Shown: positions 26,704 to 40,400, numbered from the whole stretch's first letter. The stretch is 56,728 nucleotides of DNA, filler included, from Sphacelaria rigidula (GCA_964200075.2; 4 parts of 4 records of this genome joined end to end with filler, not necessarily neighbours in it); one strand, 5' to 3'. Notes: generated from the sequence alone by a model not told the origin. Numbers and translations are program-made.

Positions 26704-28319
26704 CTCAGTGGATCGACAGCCAAGATACATGAGCACCGGTGATAATTATGTGCGTTGCGTAATGACACATCGCATGGTTTGAAGAAAAGGCCGCGGCTAC
26801 TCATCGGGTGAGCACATGGTGCGTCATCTAGCACAAGTTGTTCAGAATTCAATGAGAAACGATGATTTGTGTGAAGCGCGCGCACAGCACACGCGCACGC
26901 ACACAAAGGGTCGGTACCCGTCGAGATTATGCCGATTCAATTCGAAACAGAAGGGAAAACCGTTGCATCTGGTCACTCTGGCCACTCATGATTTCAACAA
27001 AACTCGCATGTACCATAAAGTAGTAGCAGCTCTAGCAGCAGTGCAGAGACACTGAAAAAGAAAACACAGTTGAGGCAACGACATGCGTGCAAGATCAAAA
27101 CGCCCTCGAGGTGTGTCAACCCTACCCCTAGAGATAGACTGTGTTGAATGGAGAGCGGTAGCACAATTTTAATTCGTCTAATGATTCTCAAATGAACATG
27201 AGACCGACTCAAATTCAAGCAAATACGAAGTCGAGTATACAAATGAAGAGCGGTCGAGATGGATGGCGGTACCACCGACGGCTGCAGGGTCCGCTGAGAC
27301 ATGTGTCACGGTGACAGGCTGGATAACTCTTGTACCAGCTAGAGCTGTCGTTGTGACAGGGGCAGACCAATCTCGAGTGTCAATCCACACTCTATGTTCG
27401 CGCGGCAGGTTCTCGTGCCTGTCATCAAATAGGAAGCTTGATCTTTATTAACTTGACGATCCTCGCTCCTAGCTTTCATCTGTAATCACCAAAGGCAATG
27501 TAGCGGTTGATGCTGAACGTCCAAGCAGAGAGTGACAGAGGTGCGCGGGGGCAACATCTCGCCTAGTCCTCAATCTAGAACCGAGAGGCGTGCTGCATCC
27601 CGGGAACTGGGGAAACACAAGTCTGATCTCTATGCCAACCTGCCCCAGGAGCCTGAGAGATTTCGTGTATCTATCCTCGTACAGGAAGATCCTATATCTG
27701 TACAACTGTCGTGACCTGCGGGCCTGGGTAGGAGATGATGGAAAAGCCTCTTTACCTCATGACACTAGCCCACCCAGATGAGCCTCCATTACAGTTGCGA
27801 TGAGGAATATCAAAGCAACGAAAATTGAGGCTTTTATTTACTCGTGAAGTCATGAGCGGAAGAAGGGCGAACCAAAAGGGACTCCTGGCCCTAAAAAAAA
27901 AAGAATAAAAACACAGTCATCAATAGGACGATGACCACACGGGTGGCCACTGGGGTGCCTGCAACCCCAGTGACCACCCGTGCAACTCTTTGCCCGATCC
28001 TCCCACACCTCAAACAAGAAAAGGAAAAGTTGCTTCCAAGAAGCGCAATTGCGCAATTGCGCTGGAGTGCGCAGGAGCACACAATGCTGCTGGGGCTAGC
28101 GATCAAACGGAAGAGCACACAATGCTATAACGCGCTAGCTAGAAAAAGAGGCAACTCGGACACAGGAAATTAAAAGGAATGCATCGCAACACCATGACGT
28201 CCTGGCATCATAACGCCATTCAGAACCCTGCGCGGAAAACAAATATACCAAGGGTCGGACAAATAATGATTCGTCTGGAAATTACTTGGATTTAGTATAA
28301 TTGATTCGACTCGTACGAA

Positions 28320-28419
28320 NNNNNNNNNNNNNNNNNNNNNNNNNNNNNNNNNNNNNNNNNNNNTTAATTAATTAANNNNNNNNNNNNNNNNNNNNNNNNN
28401 NNNNNNNNNNNNNNNNNNN
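28320..28419. other. Artificial contig linker
   Basis: N44-TTAATTAATTAA-N44. Confidence 0.97.
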
Positions 28420-28604
28420 CTCGCTGATTTTGTCTTCCTTTTCTAGCATCGTTCCTACTCTATTGTTCAGAATCTTACAGAACGCGACAGGGGGGGGGGG
28501 AAGGACTGCCCACCTTGGGCACGTGAAAAAATTGACTGCCCAACTTGCATGGGGATCTGAAACGCTTCTCCGCACTGCCCGATGACAAATCAAAAATCGG
28601 TATA

Positions 28605-29022
28605 GTGGGTAAGGCAGGTACCCGGTACTGATATTTGGGACATCTCATACCCTACCGATACTGACCCAAACGGGTATTTTTCAATCTCATACCTACGACA
28701 CCGACGATGCCACGGTTTTTCGATGTATCAGTACCAATCGCACATGCCCAATCGAGTATTTTCAAATGTCATACCTACGATACCTACGGTACCACGGTAT
28801 TTTGAGATACCAGTACCTACCGTACCCGTCCAATCGGGTATTTTCAACTGCCCCACCTACGATACCTACGATACCACGGTATTTCGAAATACAAATACCT
28901 ACCGTACCCGCTCGATCAGGTATTTCCAAAACTCACACCTACGACATCCACGCATACCACGGTATGGGATACCCCGTTAAATACCGGGGTTACGCTCGGT
29001 ACGGTACGTTACTTACGGTCCC
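28605..29022. repeat. Degenerate tandem repeat (~75-80-bp unit; ACCTACGATACC / CGGTATTT), probably a MITE body
   Basis: About 4-5 units of CATACCTACGATACCTACGGTACCACGGTATTTT...GGGTATTTTCAA. Confidence 0.6.
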
Positions 29023-30782
29023 AGCGAAGAAATTCGAAGATATGCGCAGTTGAGGCTCAAGATTACTACTGTAGCTCGATGCTTTGCCTCCAACGTACTT
29101 AAAGTCAACTGTAGGCCATTCAATGCCGAAAAGCTGTGACTGTAATTGCTTGTACGAATATTGTTCCACAACAACTAAGAATTGCGGAATATCCCAAGGT
29201 TTTATTTTGTAGGGTACGGGTACGCTTGAAAGGGTGTGGGGTTCTCTCGTTACTTTTTTCATGCCCTATGCATTGTCCATACCAAATTTTACGCTCCAAC
29301 TCTGAATGTTGGCCGGCGCATTCGCCTTTTCAAAACCGGGTCGGTAAAAAATCGGAACAGTATTTCGCAGGCCACTCACCGGCCCACGTTTGGTTTTTGT
29401 GTATTGAAATTTCGTGTGGTCCCTTGCTAGAGCATAGTTAACAAAACTCAGTGGGTCAGGTTGATTTGTTTTTTTTTTTCACTGGGTTAAAGCATTTTAG
29501 TATGGTGAAGACAATTTTTTCACGAAAACGCCCGAACCTCCATGGAAAAAAAAGAAAAATGAAGATCCATTTTTTTCAGCACACCTTCGGGGTTCTCCAA
29601 GCTAAGTTTCAAATCACAATTCTAAAAATTGAGAGAAGGCTTACAAGCAACTTTTATCCTCAAAACTCCGCGAAAGACACGAAATAAAAAGATAAAAAGC
29701 TGTTGCGTTTATTTTAATATGCACTAGCGGTTCTCCATACGAAATCTCATAGCACAACTCTCAAAAACTGAGACGCGATATCCGATGTAGGGCATCTAGT
29801 GCCTCTGCTCGTAATATATTGGTTTTAGTATAGAAATTCATGTGCGCCGTATCTCGAGATAGATTACGAACTAGGTGAAGGTGAGGGTATCTGTCGTCTC
29901 CCCGTGCTCCAGGGAAGGTCCACACCAAAAGTCGTCATCATCCGCTGAATGTGTCGTTCGGGGTTTCATATAGATTTTAATATGCTATCTCCGTACGGTG
30001 TAGGAAATACTAGACATGGGGATTAATCAACGAGAAAATATTGGCCCACATTTTTCAGCAGATGAGAACCTTCCCCTTGATTAGACGATTAATACGATAT
30101 GCGGATCACGGCCCAACTCGTCTGTGTCGACAAGATATTGCTTCGAGAGCTCAAATCCGTGTTTATGCTGACCCAGCAGCTCGTACCGCATGTGGTACAC
30201 GGCAAACTGATGAAGCGCCACATTAGGGTCACCATGTAGCGTTAGTATCAGTATGCATCCAACTTGGAGAGCGTTGATGGAGTGTGTCAACTGCGCATGT
30301 GTGTCCGCCAAAACAGCAACGTGAATGAAACATGCGAGGCTCACAGAACTTGCAGAGCAACGGTGAGGGTATGGGAGGCTTTTGAACTCACAGTACTATC
30401 GCGTGCGGGTAATAACCGGGGAAATACCCCGGGTGTACAAAAACCGCACCCTACCGGACACAAACTTGGAATATTCCGTAGCGGGGTAATAGGATTGCGA
30501 AACATACAGCGGTGCGAAGGTTGTTCGCAACTGGCTCGACGCTGTACTATTACGGGACAACGGTGCTGTTGTTGCTGTACATCTACGGGCCACTCGTGGG
30601 AATCAGTGTCGCCGCAGCACTATGTATACATATGTATATATCGCAGAGGTGACATGTGTCTAACAGCACACCTTCCGTGGTGGTCGAGACTGTTGCGCCA
30701 GGGCGTAGTTTTGTCGAGAAGCGCTTGCCTTCTGTCCTCAACGCGTCAAGTGTACAGTTGTGCGCGTGCTCGAATATGGATG

Positions 30783-30836
30783 TTAATATTAATATTAATA
30801 ATGATGATGATAATAATAATAATAATAATAATATTA

Positions 30837-30874
<38 letters not shown>

Positions 30875-30893
30875 AATAATAATTAATAATAAT
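30783..30893. repeat. Compound (AAT)n/(GAT)n microsatellite
   Basis: Directly visible. Confidence 0.95.
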
Positions 30894-30949
30894 ATATCCG
30901 TCACATTAGCTCGATCTCTCGAACCCGTGCATGTAGCGGTAAAAGAAAT

Positions 30950-31080
30950 TGATCGGTTGATTTGATTGACTGTTGCACTTTAATTGATTCCCCAGACACA
31001 CAGTCATGGTCATTATCCACATGATGGACGTATCCGGAATAAAAACAAAATAGAACCACTCGCTGAAGAAAAGTTGAAAA
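30950..31080 (-). repeat. Copy of (AATC)n-tailed repeat
   Basis: Direct match to 33200-33315. Confidence 0.55.
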
Positions 31081-31440
31081 GTTGAGAGGTGCTGAAGGTT
31101 TGATGAAGGTATGTAAAAGCGAGTTAAGGTAACACAAAAAAGGGCGAAAATCTCGAAGAAATATAGTGCGCACCAACGAGCTGGGTCTACACGATTCTCA
31201 CGTTTCTCACGCAAAAGACTGCACCGCAAGCACAAGCCTCCAGGCAGCTACGTACGTACTGACATATCCATACAGTGCGCCCGAACAGCTCTATTCGTTT
31301 GTCCTGAGAAACAAACATTTCGAAATGACGACCACAACTAGGATTGACTTTATTATACAACAACAACAACAAGATGAGTTACGTTGGTTGTTGTTGTTGC
31401 TGCTGCTGGTGTTGTTCTTGTTGTTGTTATCTTCCTCCAG

Positions 31441-34400
31441 GAATGCCGTGCGGTACCCCCGTGGGATGCCGACCTATCGGAAATGCGCTCGGCCGTGGAT
31501 AGCTTTGCGGCGCGGGAATACGTTGCTCCTCTGTGGGCGCGAAATGCGCATCTGCATACCATCGTCGCCTCCGGAGATATGGAGAAGAAAATTATGGGCG
31601 ATCGAACGGTGAGGGAAACATTTGCATTCAAATGAATGATGAGGAAAAACGAGGCTTATCACTTGAACCGACATCACACGTGTCTTCTCCGCGTGACCTA
31701 TGCCCCCGAAACGGTACAAAGATGGTTGGTGTGAAATCTTCACTTTTCCCGTTCGGCTCGAAGATGGGCTTGTTGGACTTGTGCAGAGACGGTTACGTGA
31801 CATTTTCCATTTGGCCATCCGATTCAAGGATGTTCGTGCGAGGCTCGTGCTCAAATGGGAGTTGGTTACGTGAGATTTTGACTCCTGTCGTTCGGCTGAG
31901 AGATGGTCATGTGACACCTGTGCCCGGTTCAGAGATGTGTCTTGTTAGAGCTTGCCCTGCACGTTCAGATGCGATTACCGCCTCTGATGACCCCGACCCC
32001 GCTTACTAATGACCCAGGCCCATCAACCTGGGCCGTCACTTCGGGTATGTCAACCCCGGGACTGTCATCCTCCAATCTCCAGTCTGTCAACCTATTCACT
32101 GTCTTGAGTCCTGCACCTGCAAGGCCGACAGACACGAAATTCACGTCGCGTTTTCACACGCTTGGTACTGCCTATATCGGGTGGAACGCTATAACTACAC
32201 GCCCGCCGATCTGGGTAAGCTAGACCGCACTCATCGTCCACGACCGTCGCTCATATTGGCTTCAACTGTAGGTAGCTCCACTCGCGTTTCCCGCACGGCT
32301 GGGCCCCCGTTATACTGTACCCTCGGAGCTCCCCAGCTTCCCTCGTATGTCTGTTGATCTACTCTTGTCAGACGGCTTAGACACTGAACCCTCCGACAGT
32401 ATGCCTGGCATCGAAGGGTCGGAAGTTTTCTCGGGGGCAGAGGCTGCCGCCGACTCCGTTACCCCATTACGCACACATCCCTGCCTGCATCAGCTGCTGT
32501 TCCCTCAACCTCGCCTACTGTCTGCGTGTGTTGTCATCCCATCCATTCTGGACGCCGCTCTTCACCTTTCGGTATATGTGGACGCATCAGCCAGGGTCAC
32601 ACAGGAGGAAGGTCAACACAGGAGTTTTTCATTTTCCGTTTGTTTTAGTTCTCCACCTTCCTTCTGAGGTGCTTGCCTTTTTTTTAATCGTGAGAGTGGT
32701 TCAGCAGTCCCCTGCCCTCGTCGACCGTGAAGTTGAATTCTGTGTACCCACGACATGGTCGCTCTCCACTGTTGGGCACTGTGTAAGAAAAATCCCAGAT
32801 CGCTCTGAGATTTGAACCCACCACCCAACCATCAGGAGGTTTCGAAGTTTCCAACTGAGCCACCGGGGCGACCGGCCTACTCTCCGAGACAAAGCCATAG
32901 CAGCAATGTGGCGGACAGTGTAAGATCAGCAAAGGTGCCTTCATGGTCGGGGAGATCTCGGAGCTTCCATCAGACGTCCAGCAGCTGGCCGGCTCGCTGG
33001 AAAGTATGGATGCGAGTACCGTGAGTGTGGTTCCGTCGAGGCACTCGCTGATGGGCTGATGTTGTCTGTCATGTCTAACACCCCCCCAAAAAAACAAACA
33101 AACAAACAAACGTGGTATGTTTCACAGTCCGATCTCAAGTACTGTGCACGTGTGACTGACACTACGAGTGACATGAACGTTCCTGACGTCATCGCTAGCT
33201 GATCGATTGGTCGATTGATTGATTGTCGCACTTTAACGGACCCCCCAGGGGTCCGGCCGTGGTCGCATGATGGACGTACCCAAGAAAAGCAAAACTGAAA
33301 TACTCGCTGAAGAAGAGGAGGAACAAGAAAAAAGCTTTAGTTGCCGACTTGAAGTCGTATTCAAGGTGAAGCTAGTGCACCTGGAGAATCCCACGCATGA
33401 GGATGAGCTCGCTTATGAGCACCTTAGCCTCATTCTCGGTGGGGCAAAGCCTCCTTGTCTATAACCAGCTCATCGAAGGCCAGATCGACTGGGAACCCGA
33501 AAAGGTCTCCCCGGATGACGTCCAAAGTAAAGACTCGTTTAATCCGCCACGATCGCGGGGGGAAATGCGTTCACATGAGAAACGCGTTTTCCATTTTTGT
33601 GGCTTTTTAAACGAGCCTTTTACTTCGGACGTCATCCAGAGAGACTTTTTCGGATTTCCCAGTCGATCTGGCCTTTGATGAGCTGGTTAAAGACAAAGAG
33701 TGCCCCACCAATAATGAGGCTAAGGTGCTCATACCCTAGCTCATCTTCATACGTGAGATCCTCCGGGCGCACTCACTCCGCCCTGAATGAGACTCTAAGC
33801 CGGTGGCTAAAGAGGATCATGGGAATTATATGTTACTCGTGGTGTCAGTAATACGTGGACAATGTGATCGGGCGGTGGAATATGACATACCTTTTTGTGG
33901 GTACGACAAGCGCTTCGATACGACGAACGACATTGCCAAGGCTGAATGGACACAAAGCAAACCCTACAATGTCTATCGGCGAGCCATCTGCTACCCAAAG
34001 AGCGATAGCTGTCGGTGGGACGGGTGGCAGAGATAGTTGTTGTAACACGGGGATATGACCTCAACTAAGCGGAAGGACAGACTGAGACATACAGTAGCCA
34101 TAAGCGAGTGCGTGCCCGACTGAACATGCTTCGAGGAAGGAAAGAGACAAATGTCCGCGCTTTTAATCAACGAGGATGTGTACAACAGTGGATGAGTATC
34201 GTCATTACCTACGGGATCGGGCTCTGAGGGCGGCCGAGATGGTGTAATGACACGCGCGGGCGGATCAGACGAGACTTGAACACCAGGCTGTGGCTTCTTC
34301 CGCCGGGGCGATTGACAATCCGACGGAATAGTACTCGTTTTCTCGAGCAGATGGCTTGGCAGTGCAACTCGACGACGCATGAGTTGAGTCAGGTGTGACA

Positions 34401-37400
34401 GCTTGCCGAGTTTATAAGATGAGGTTGGCTGTGTTACCGGAGCCAACAGTCGGGGACGACATCACCATAAAATGATTCAGACACCTGGACACAGTGAACG
34501 GCTATGGACATCAGGCGGGCTTTGTGCCATCTAATGTCCCTCCTGGCTACTAACTTGCAACCATGGGAATTTGACCCTACAGTATCAGAGATGACGGCGT
34601 TCCGAGTGGGCCTCGTCACTCGCTGTCCTCGTCGCTGGACGGAGGTGCGGCAGCCGCTGCTGCCGCCTCCTTCGCCTTCTTCCCAACCGTTGCCTTCTTG
34701 TCCTTGAACAATTTATTCCCTGCACTGTTTTTTATTCGGGAGATGACGCGCCGACACTAGCCTTCTTCTTCGCCCGATCTCTCGCGAGCTATACGCAATA
34801 TACTATGCCGGATCCTCGACCGCTAGCCTGTCGAGACATTTGGCTTTAGTGTGAGTTGTGAGCCGCGAGCAGTTTTGGAGGAGGGTAGCACTTACGGGAG
34901 CGACAGAACGAGTCAAGTGACGGTGCCTTACGTTTTCCCCCCGCTCTGTGACCGAACCGGTGGAGGTGTTGGGACGGGGCGTGTGAAAAGGCGACGAGTG
35001 AGACGGGATGATCGACCATGATAACTGTTTCGGTGCTGCGGACTCGGTTGGCTGTCTCTTGTGAAGTGGTGAGCGATTTCTCCGAGGAACTGGGGCGACG
35101 GATTTTGGTTTTCAAACTGTTAGTTCACATGCAGACTGCTAGGGCTTGTATCATGGGTCATTAGCGCCCGGAGCCCGCTTGACGGCAGACTCGCAATGAC
35201 GCAGCAGTCGGCGAAAACGAGTGACGTACTGTATGACTACGGATTCGGTCGGCAACTGGAGGAATTTTGACGGATCCTAAGCGTGTTCCTGATTACCGTT
35301 CGTGGGCATTCACAGATCGAGAAAAGCTGACGATAGCATTTCTCACGCTTGCGGAGGTCTAAACGAGCCTTCACATTGGACGTCGCCCGGGGAGACCTTG
35401 TCGGACTCCCAGTCGATCTGGCCTTCCATGAGCTGGTTTGTCCCATCGAGAGTGACGCTAAGGTACTCATGCGCCAGCTCATCCACCCACGTCGGATCCT
35501 CCGGGGGCACTGACTTCGCCCTGGATACGTATATCGACATACAACATTTGTGACGCTGTTTGTAACACTCTCCTTGTATTGATCAGATTGTTAGTAAACT
35601 TGTCAGGTTTTGTCCCCAGAGGTCATATCCCCCATCATTTCGCTTCAGGATAGTAGCCGGCTAACACCGCGGTTGCTGTGAGTTGCTGTGAGTTGCTGTG
35701 AGTACCACCTTTACATGATACGACGCGTTTAGTAATGGCCCGGGACCATCAACCCAGACCGTCATGCCTGTCAACCCCGGGACTATCATCCTCCAATCCC
35801 CAGTCCGGACTAAAGTCGCGCTCGTCATTTTGCGGCAACACCGAACTCTCAGTCTGTGAGTCTATTTACTGTCCTAATATCAATATTGCAAGGCTTACCG
35901 ACTCTGAGTCCACGTCGCGTTTCCAGACGCTCGGTACACCCTACACGGACTGAGAAACTACGATCTACAAGCTCCCTGTCCGTGACAAGTTCGGCCGCAC
36001 CCATTGTACATGAGTGTTGCCTATGAGGAGCTTTGCAAGTTTTCTTACGCGGTTTGTTGCTGCGTTCCACCCCTTGCCAAGCTAGACATGAAGGTACACT
36101 GTCTGGGCGGTGCTGGGGCGACAGATCATTGTAGTGAAGGGCCTGCAACTGATACCTCTTCGTCGGATCCGCGTCGTTTTTCAGTCGGCATGTAGGCGTT
36201 TATGTGTTATTGTCATCCCGCCAGAACCAACGCTGGGAGCAGCACGTAAACCCCACTGCCAATGCTTCGCCCTCATCGAATGCGGTATCTTCCCCGTTAT
36301 TATGTCCGTCGCGTTGGGTTTTCCTCGTCCTAACGCCTGGAACAGCCGCTGTCGTACTGGAGAGAACGGTGGCCCACCCCCGACGGAGACTTTGTGGACA
36401 TTGACTGGCTGCAGGCAGAGGGGCAAGGCGACATCGATATCAGCGGTGGGGGGAAGCGCGGCAGCACCAGCAGCAGTAGCAGCAGTGGCGGCGGCGATGT
36501 TGACGTACGTGAATCGTCGACGCTTGTGGGAGATGCCCTGAATGCCCAGGTGACAATGATATACACATGTATATTCAAGAGTTTATGGTAGTTCCGTTGG
36601 TGAACATTCGGTTCAAAAGGAAGACAGATCTGCTAGTCTAATCTCCAACCATGCTTCGTGTCAGGGCAAAGGGTGGGTTTCGGTGTGCTCTCAACTATTC
36701 GACCGCAGCTGGCGGGGAAGATTGTGTAAGTGACGACTAACGAACGGCGAGGTGGCTGTTGCTAAGTTTTTAGTTGTTTGCTCCGGTAGCGACATGATTC
36801 ATGACCTGCCTTTCCCTTTTTGAAAGGTACGTCTTCATGACTTGGCCGCCCTCTTCCATGGCCGACACAGTTGGTTTTTATTGAACCCCTGCCCTACCCC
36901 TAACCTCAACCCGAGGGGTGCCGAGAATCCTTGGGGCAAGCGGGTACAGACGGAATACTGGGGCGACGTGTGCATTGGCAAGAGGTCGAATCTGCACGGT
37001 GCTATGGTCACAAATTTGAACAAAAAGGCGATCAGCTCATGCCGACCAGCACGCGGTTCTGTCATGACTGTCGGCCCTCGCAAGATCCAAATATGATATT
37101 GTGCACTGAGAGCAAGTGTTTGTTTAACCATGGTCACCGGCCGCAGAAATAACGGAGATACAAGAGCTCCTCGGTTCTGAGGTGCTTACACGCGGGCAAA
37201 CCGTGGATACTGAAGACGTTGTTCGGTTTTGTGTACAGGTGGAGAAACAGGAAGACAACGGCTTTCACCGGGGGTTTTCCTCATTCTCGACCGTCCTGAG
37301 GAGGGCGGGGAGAAAGGTTGTGATTCACGGCCTGCAGTTGATAGCGCCTCTTGTTTGTTAGCTAGAGTCTGACAGAGGCCTGAGGCAAAACGCCTATATA

Positions 37401-40400
37401 TTATCGAAGAGGAGCAACACTGTGTTTTGTGCGCTTAACGGGGACGGCTTCAGAGGATGATCTATCTATGTATTTACAGCAGCGACAGCAAGGAGATGCG
37501 GGCAATTAATTATTTGCACTAGCCTCAGTGCATGTACAGTACAGCTGCCCCCTCTCCCCGCTTCTGCTCCTGTATCGTCAGGGTAATACAGTGCAGTACT
37601 CGACTGATACAACGATGGAAATAAGAGCAACTCGCACTGCCCCCGCGTAAAAAATTAAATAGCACACGCAAATTTTTGCAGTTCCTCGAATAACGAACTG
37701 ATTCGGGTCACACCAGGCCTGACATTAGCAGTGAGGAATGGGCGAGCCTTGAATCTATTGCGGGAGTGCTGGGGATTTATGTGTGTTCGGTATGCTTCCC
37801 TAGTACACATGTGGATACGCATGTGATATTCTTTGGTTCACCCATCACCCAACAACAATGAACACATATCTGATGTTGCTAACGGCCATCCCCAGCAGCG
37901 GCATATCTTTTGCTTGGGTCCGTGAATCGTACATAGCCTCAGCGAGGAAAAGTTTTCAGGATACATGGTACAGCGCAGCTGATATAGCTAAATCCGGCGT
38001 CTGGTTTGTCTGGATATCGCCGTTTTAAGGCGGGTACTTGGTGCTGACGTACATGCGCTGGTGTGCCGTTTCTCTGACCCCTGAAAAAAAAAACACCAGT
38101 CGCGTGGTCACGGTGTGTCGCCATATTCACCAATGCTTCGTACTTCTATGTATCATTTTGAAAAGCCGTCTACGGCGAGAGAGAAGTTGTTATGGTCGTT
38201 TCATGTGACATGCAACTGTGGCCGAGGCAACGTCTTCTCCCTCTCCCACGGGCAACAGGCACGAGTACACGCTGTGGAACATGGGGGTACCTGGCAACAG
38301 CACAACGAAGGTCGCTCACATCTCGTACTTGCATGTACCACAGTAAAAAGCCTTGTGGAGTGAGAGACGCACAGTAGAATAATTGTTCTAGACCGTCCAG
38401 ATCAGACCCGAATATGATCTAGATCACTTCAGATGACCACACTTGATCCAAGTTTGGGGTCGGTTTCGAGCGGAGACAGGGAAATTTTGTAATTCTTTGT
38501 AGCTGGTGATTTAAAAAAGGTTTTTTGCGTGTCACCGCCGATCCCAGTGAACGTGTGGTCCCAACGTTTGAGGATATGTAGATACTAGGCCCCCGCCTCA
38601 CATTCCGGAATGATGATCACTTCTGCACTCAACATTGAACGATTACGGGCTGACCGGTCCTCGGGGGTCCTGTGACTACCCAGCCCCAGGTTCTTACCTT
38701 TCGGTACTTTTTTAAATTGAATCATTACCCATCGTTCTCGTGAACAAGTCGTAAGATTTGTTTTTGAACTTTTACCTATTCATTGCGCTCAAGCCGGAAA
38801 AACTCTGTTCTTCGGGCCAGTGATGGTCGTTGACACCTGCCTGATAAATAAGGTTCTTACTCTATATTACCGCGACAACACCACCCCGAGGACTGTGTCC
38901 TGAGCGACACTTTCTACAACCCCCCCCCCCCAAACGTAGTTAGTTTGGGGAGGGAAATCAACTCGTGAATCGAAACGAAAAAAGCCGAGCACAACGATCA
39001 GCTGGGAATTTCCACGCTTGGGTTTGTTTTCGTCCATGTCGCCCATTTGAGGCGCTTAATGCAGCCTGAAACCAAACATCAGGCGCTGTTTGATCGTTTT
39101 ATTCGTGACAGTTTCGCCGGACCAGGCTCGCAGTCAATCACCAAGCGCCAAGCGCCGTGATCTGTTCGGGGAGTCGCGTGAAGGTTGAGCTGCATCCTGC
39201 TAAGATTGTTCCGCTCGCAAGGCGTACTGATTACCTTGCATTTGGATGACAGCCTCCAATGAGTTGCTGTATTATGGTCTCGCCACTTCGAGAGTATAAC
39301 TTAGAGGGGGTTCACTAGCACAGGGGGGAGTGAATCAATCCCAATCGCTCTCGTGAATAATTTCACAGGTCCTTATTTTTCGTTCTTCACCTATTTATTG
39401 CGCTAGGGCCGAAAATACATGTGTTTCGGACCAAGAACGGTCAATAACACACCCCCCCGTCAATTCAGTCGGTAAGTCGTTCAATGCTTAGCGCAGGCAT
39501 GTTTTTTATTCATCACCCACCACGAAAGAGTAACAGAAATTCCCTGGTTCAGCTCAAAAATACTATATTATGGTCTTTTCACAACGCATGTGACCAGGGT
39601 GACCTTTCTCCTTCCTTCCCCCCCCCCCCTCTTCCCCCCTCCGTGCTAACGAACCCTCCCTCCTTGCCCTCAACCTGGACATCCTCCATTCCAAATTCTA
39701 CGACAACGCAGACCGCCGAGAATATGGAACAGTTCCAGGAGGCCGCCGCCTTGGCGGCACGAGCCCGCGTAGCCAACCTGGGTGTGGGTCACCCGGAGGC
39801 GCCCGAAACGGTGCACAAGGAGCATGCTTCCTGGATGCAAGCCAGGATGGAACAGAGCAGGGTGGACGGACAGGACAGTGGGGAGCAGAATAGCTCTGGG
39901 TCGGCGCCGCCGCGGCGGCTTGTGGTGCTGTTGCACGGGCTCGAGGGGTCTTCCACGGCGCCCGTAACGACGCGGTTTTCGAGAGTGTACACGCGTAACG
40001 GGTAAGCGGGGTCTTATATTTTTTATTGTAAGATCTTGCGTGACTGTACTGACTACTGACCGAATCTATCTCTGTCTGTCTATCTCTTTTTCTTCTTATT
40101 ATCCGCACCGCTGATGGGAGGGAAAAAAAGAAGGAATTCGACTAAAACAAATCTAGTTTTATTTGCGGTTTTCGGAGGAGCGTTTTTTTTTTTGCACCGC
40201 TGAAGTTTGCTGCGGAAATTTTCCCTCATGTGCGTTTTTTTTTTTCCTAATGGGGGAGTATGAATGGGTATTCAGCGATTGTTGGTCGGTGTAAAAGGTA
40301 CGGACTCTGTTGTGAAAAGCGTCGCAGGCTTTTCTCTTTTGACAAGAAAAAATATCAACAGCCCTTCATGTGAGTTCCCGCCAAAGCTACTTTGCTGTAG

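Noticed and set aside
28605..29022. CRISPR-like array
   Set aside because: Units are degenerate along their whole length, with no unique spacers and no cas genes; eukaryotic context.
30264..30965. 233-aa ORF with poly-Met/Ile
   Set aside because: The C-terminal part is translation of an AAT/GAT microsatellite.
32808..32876. tRNA gene
   Set aside because: A and B boxes are present but there is no convincing cloverleaf or acceptor stem, and it is contiguous with a dispersed repeat body, so it was called a SINE head.
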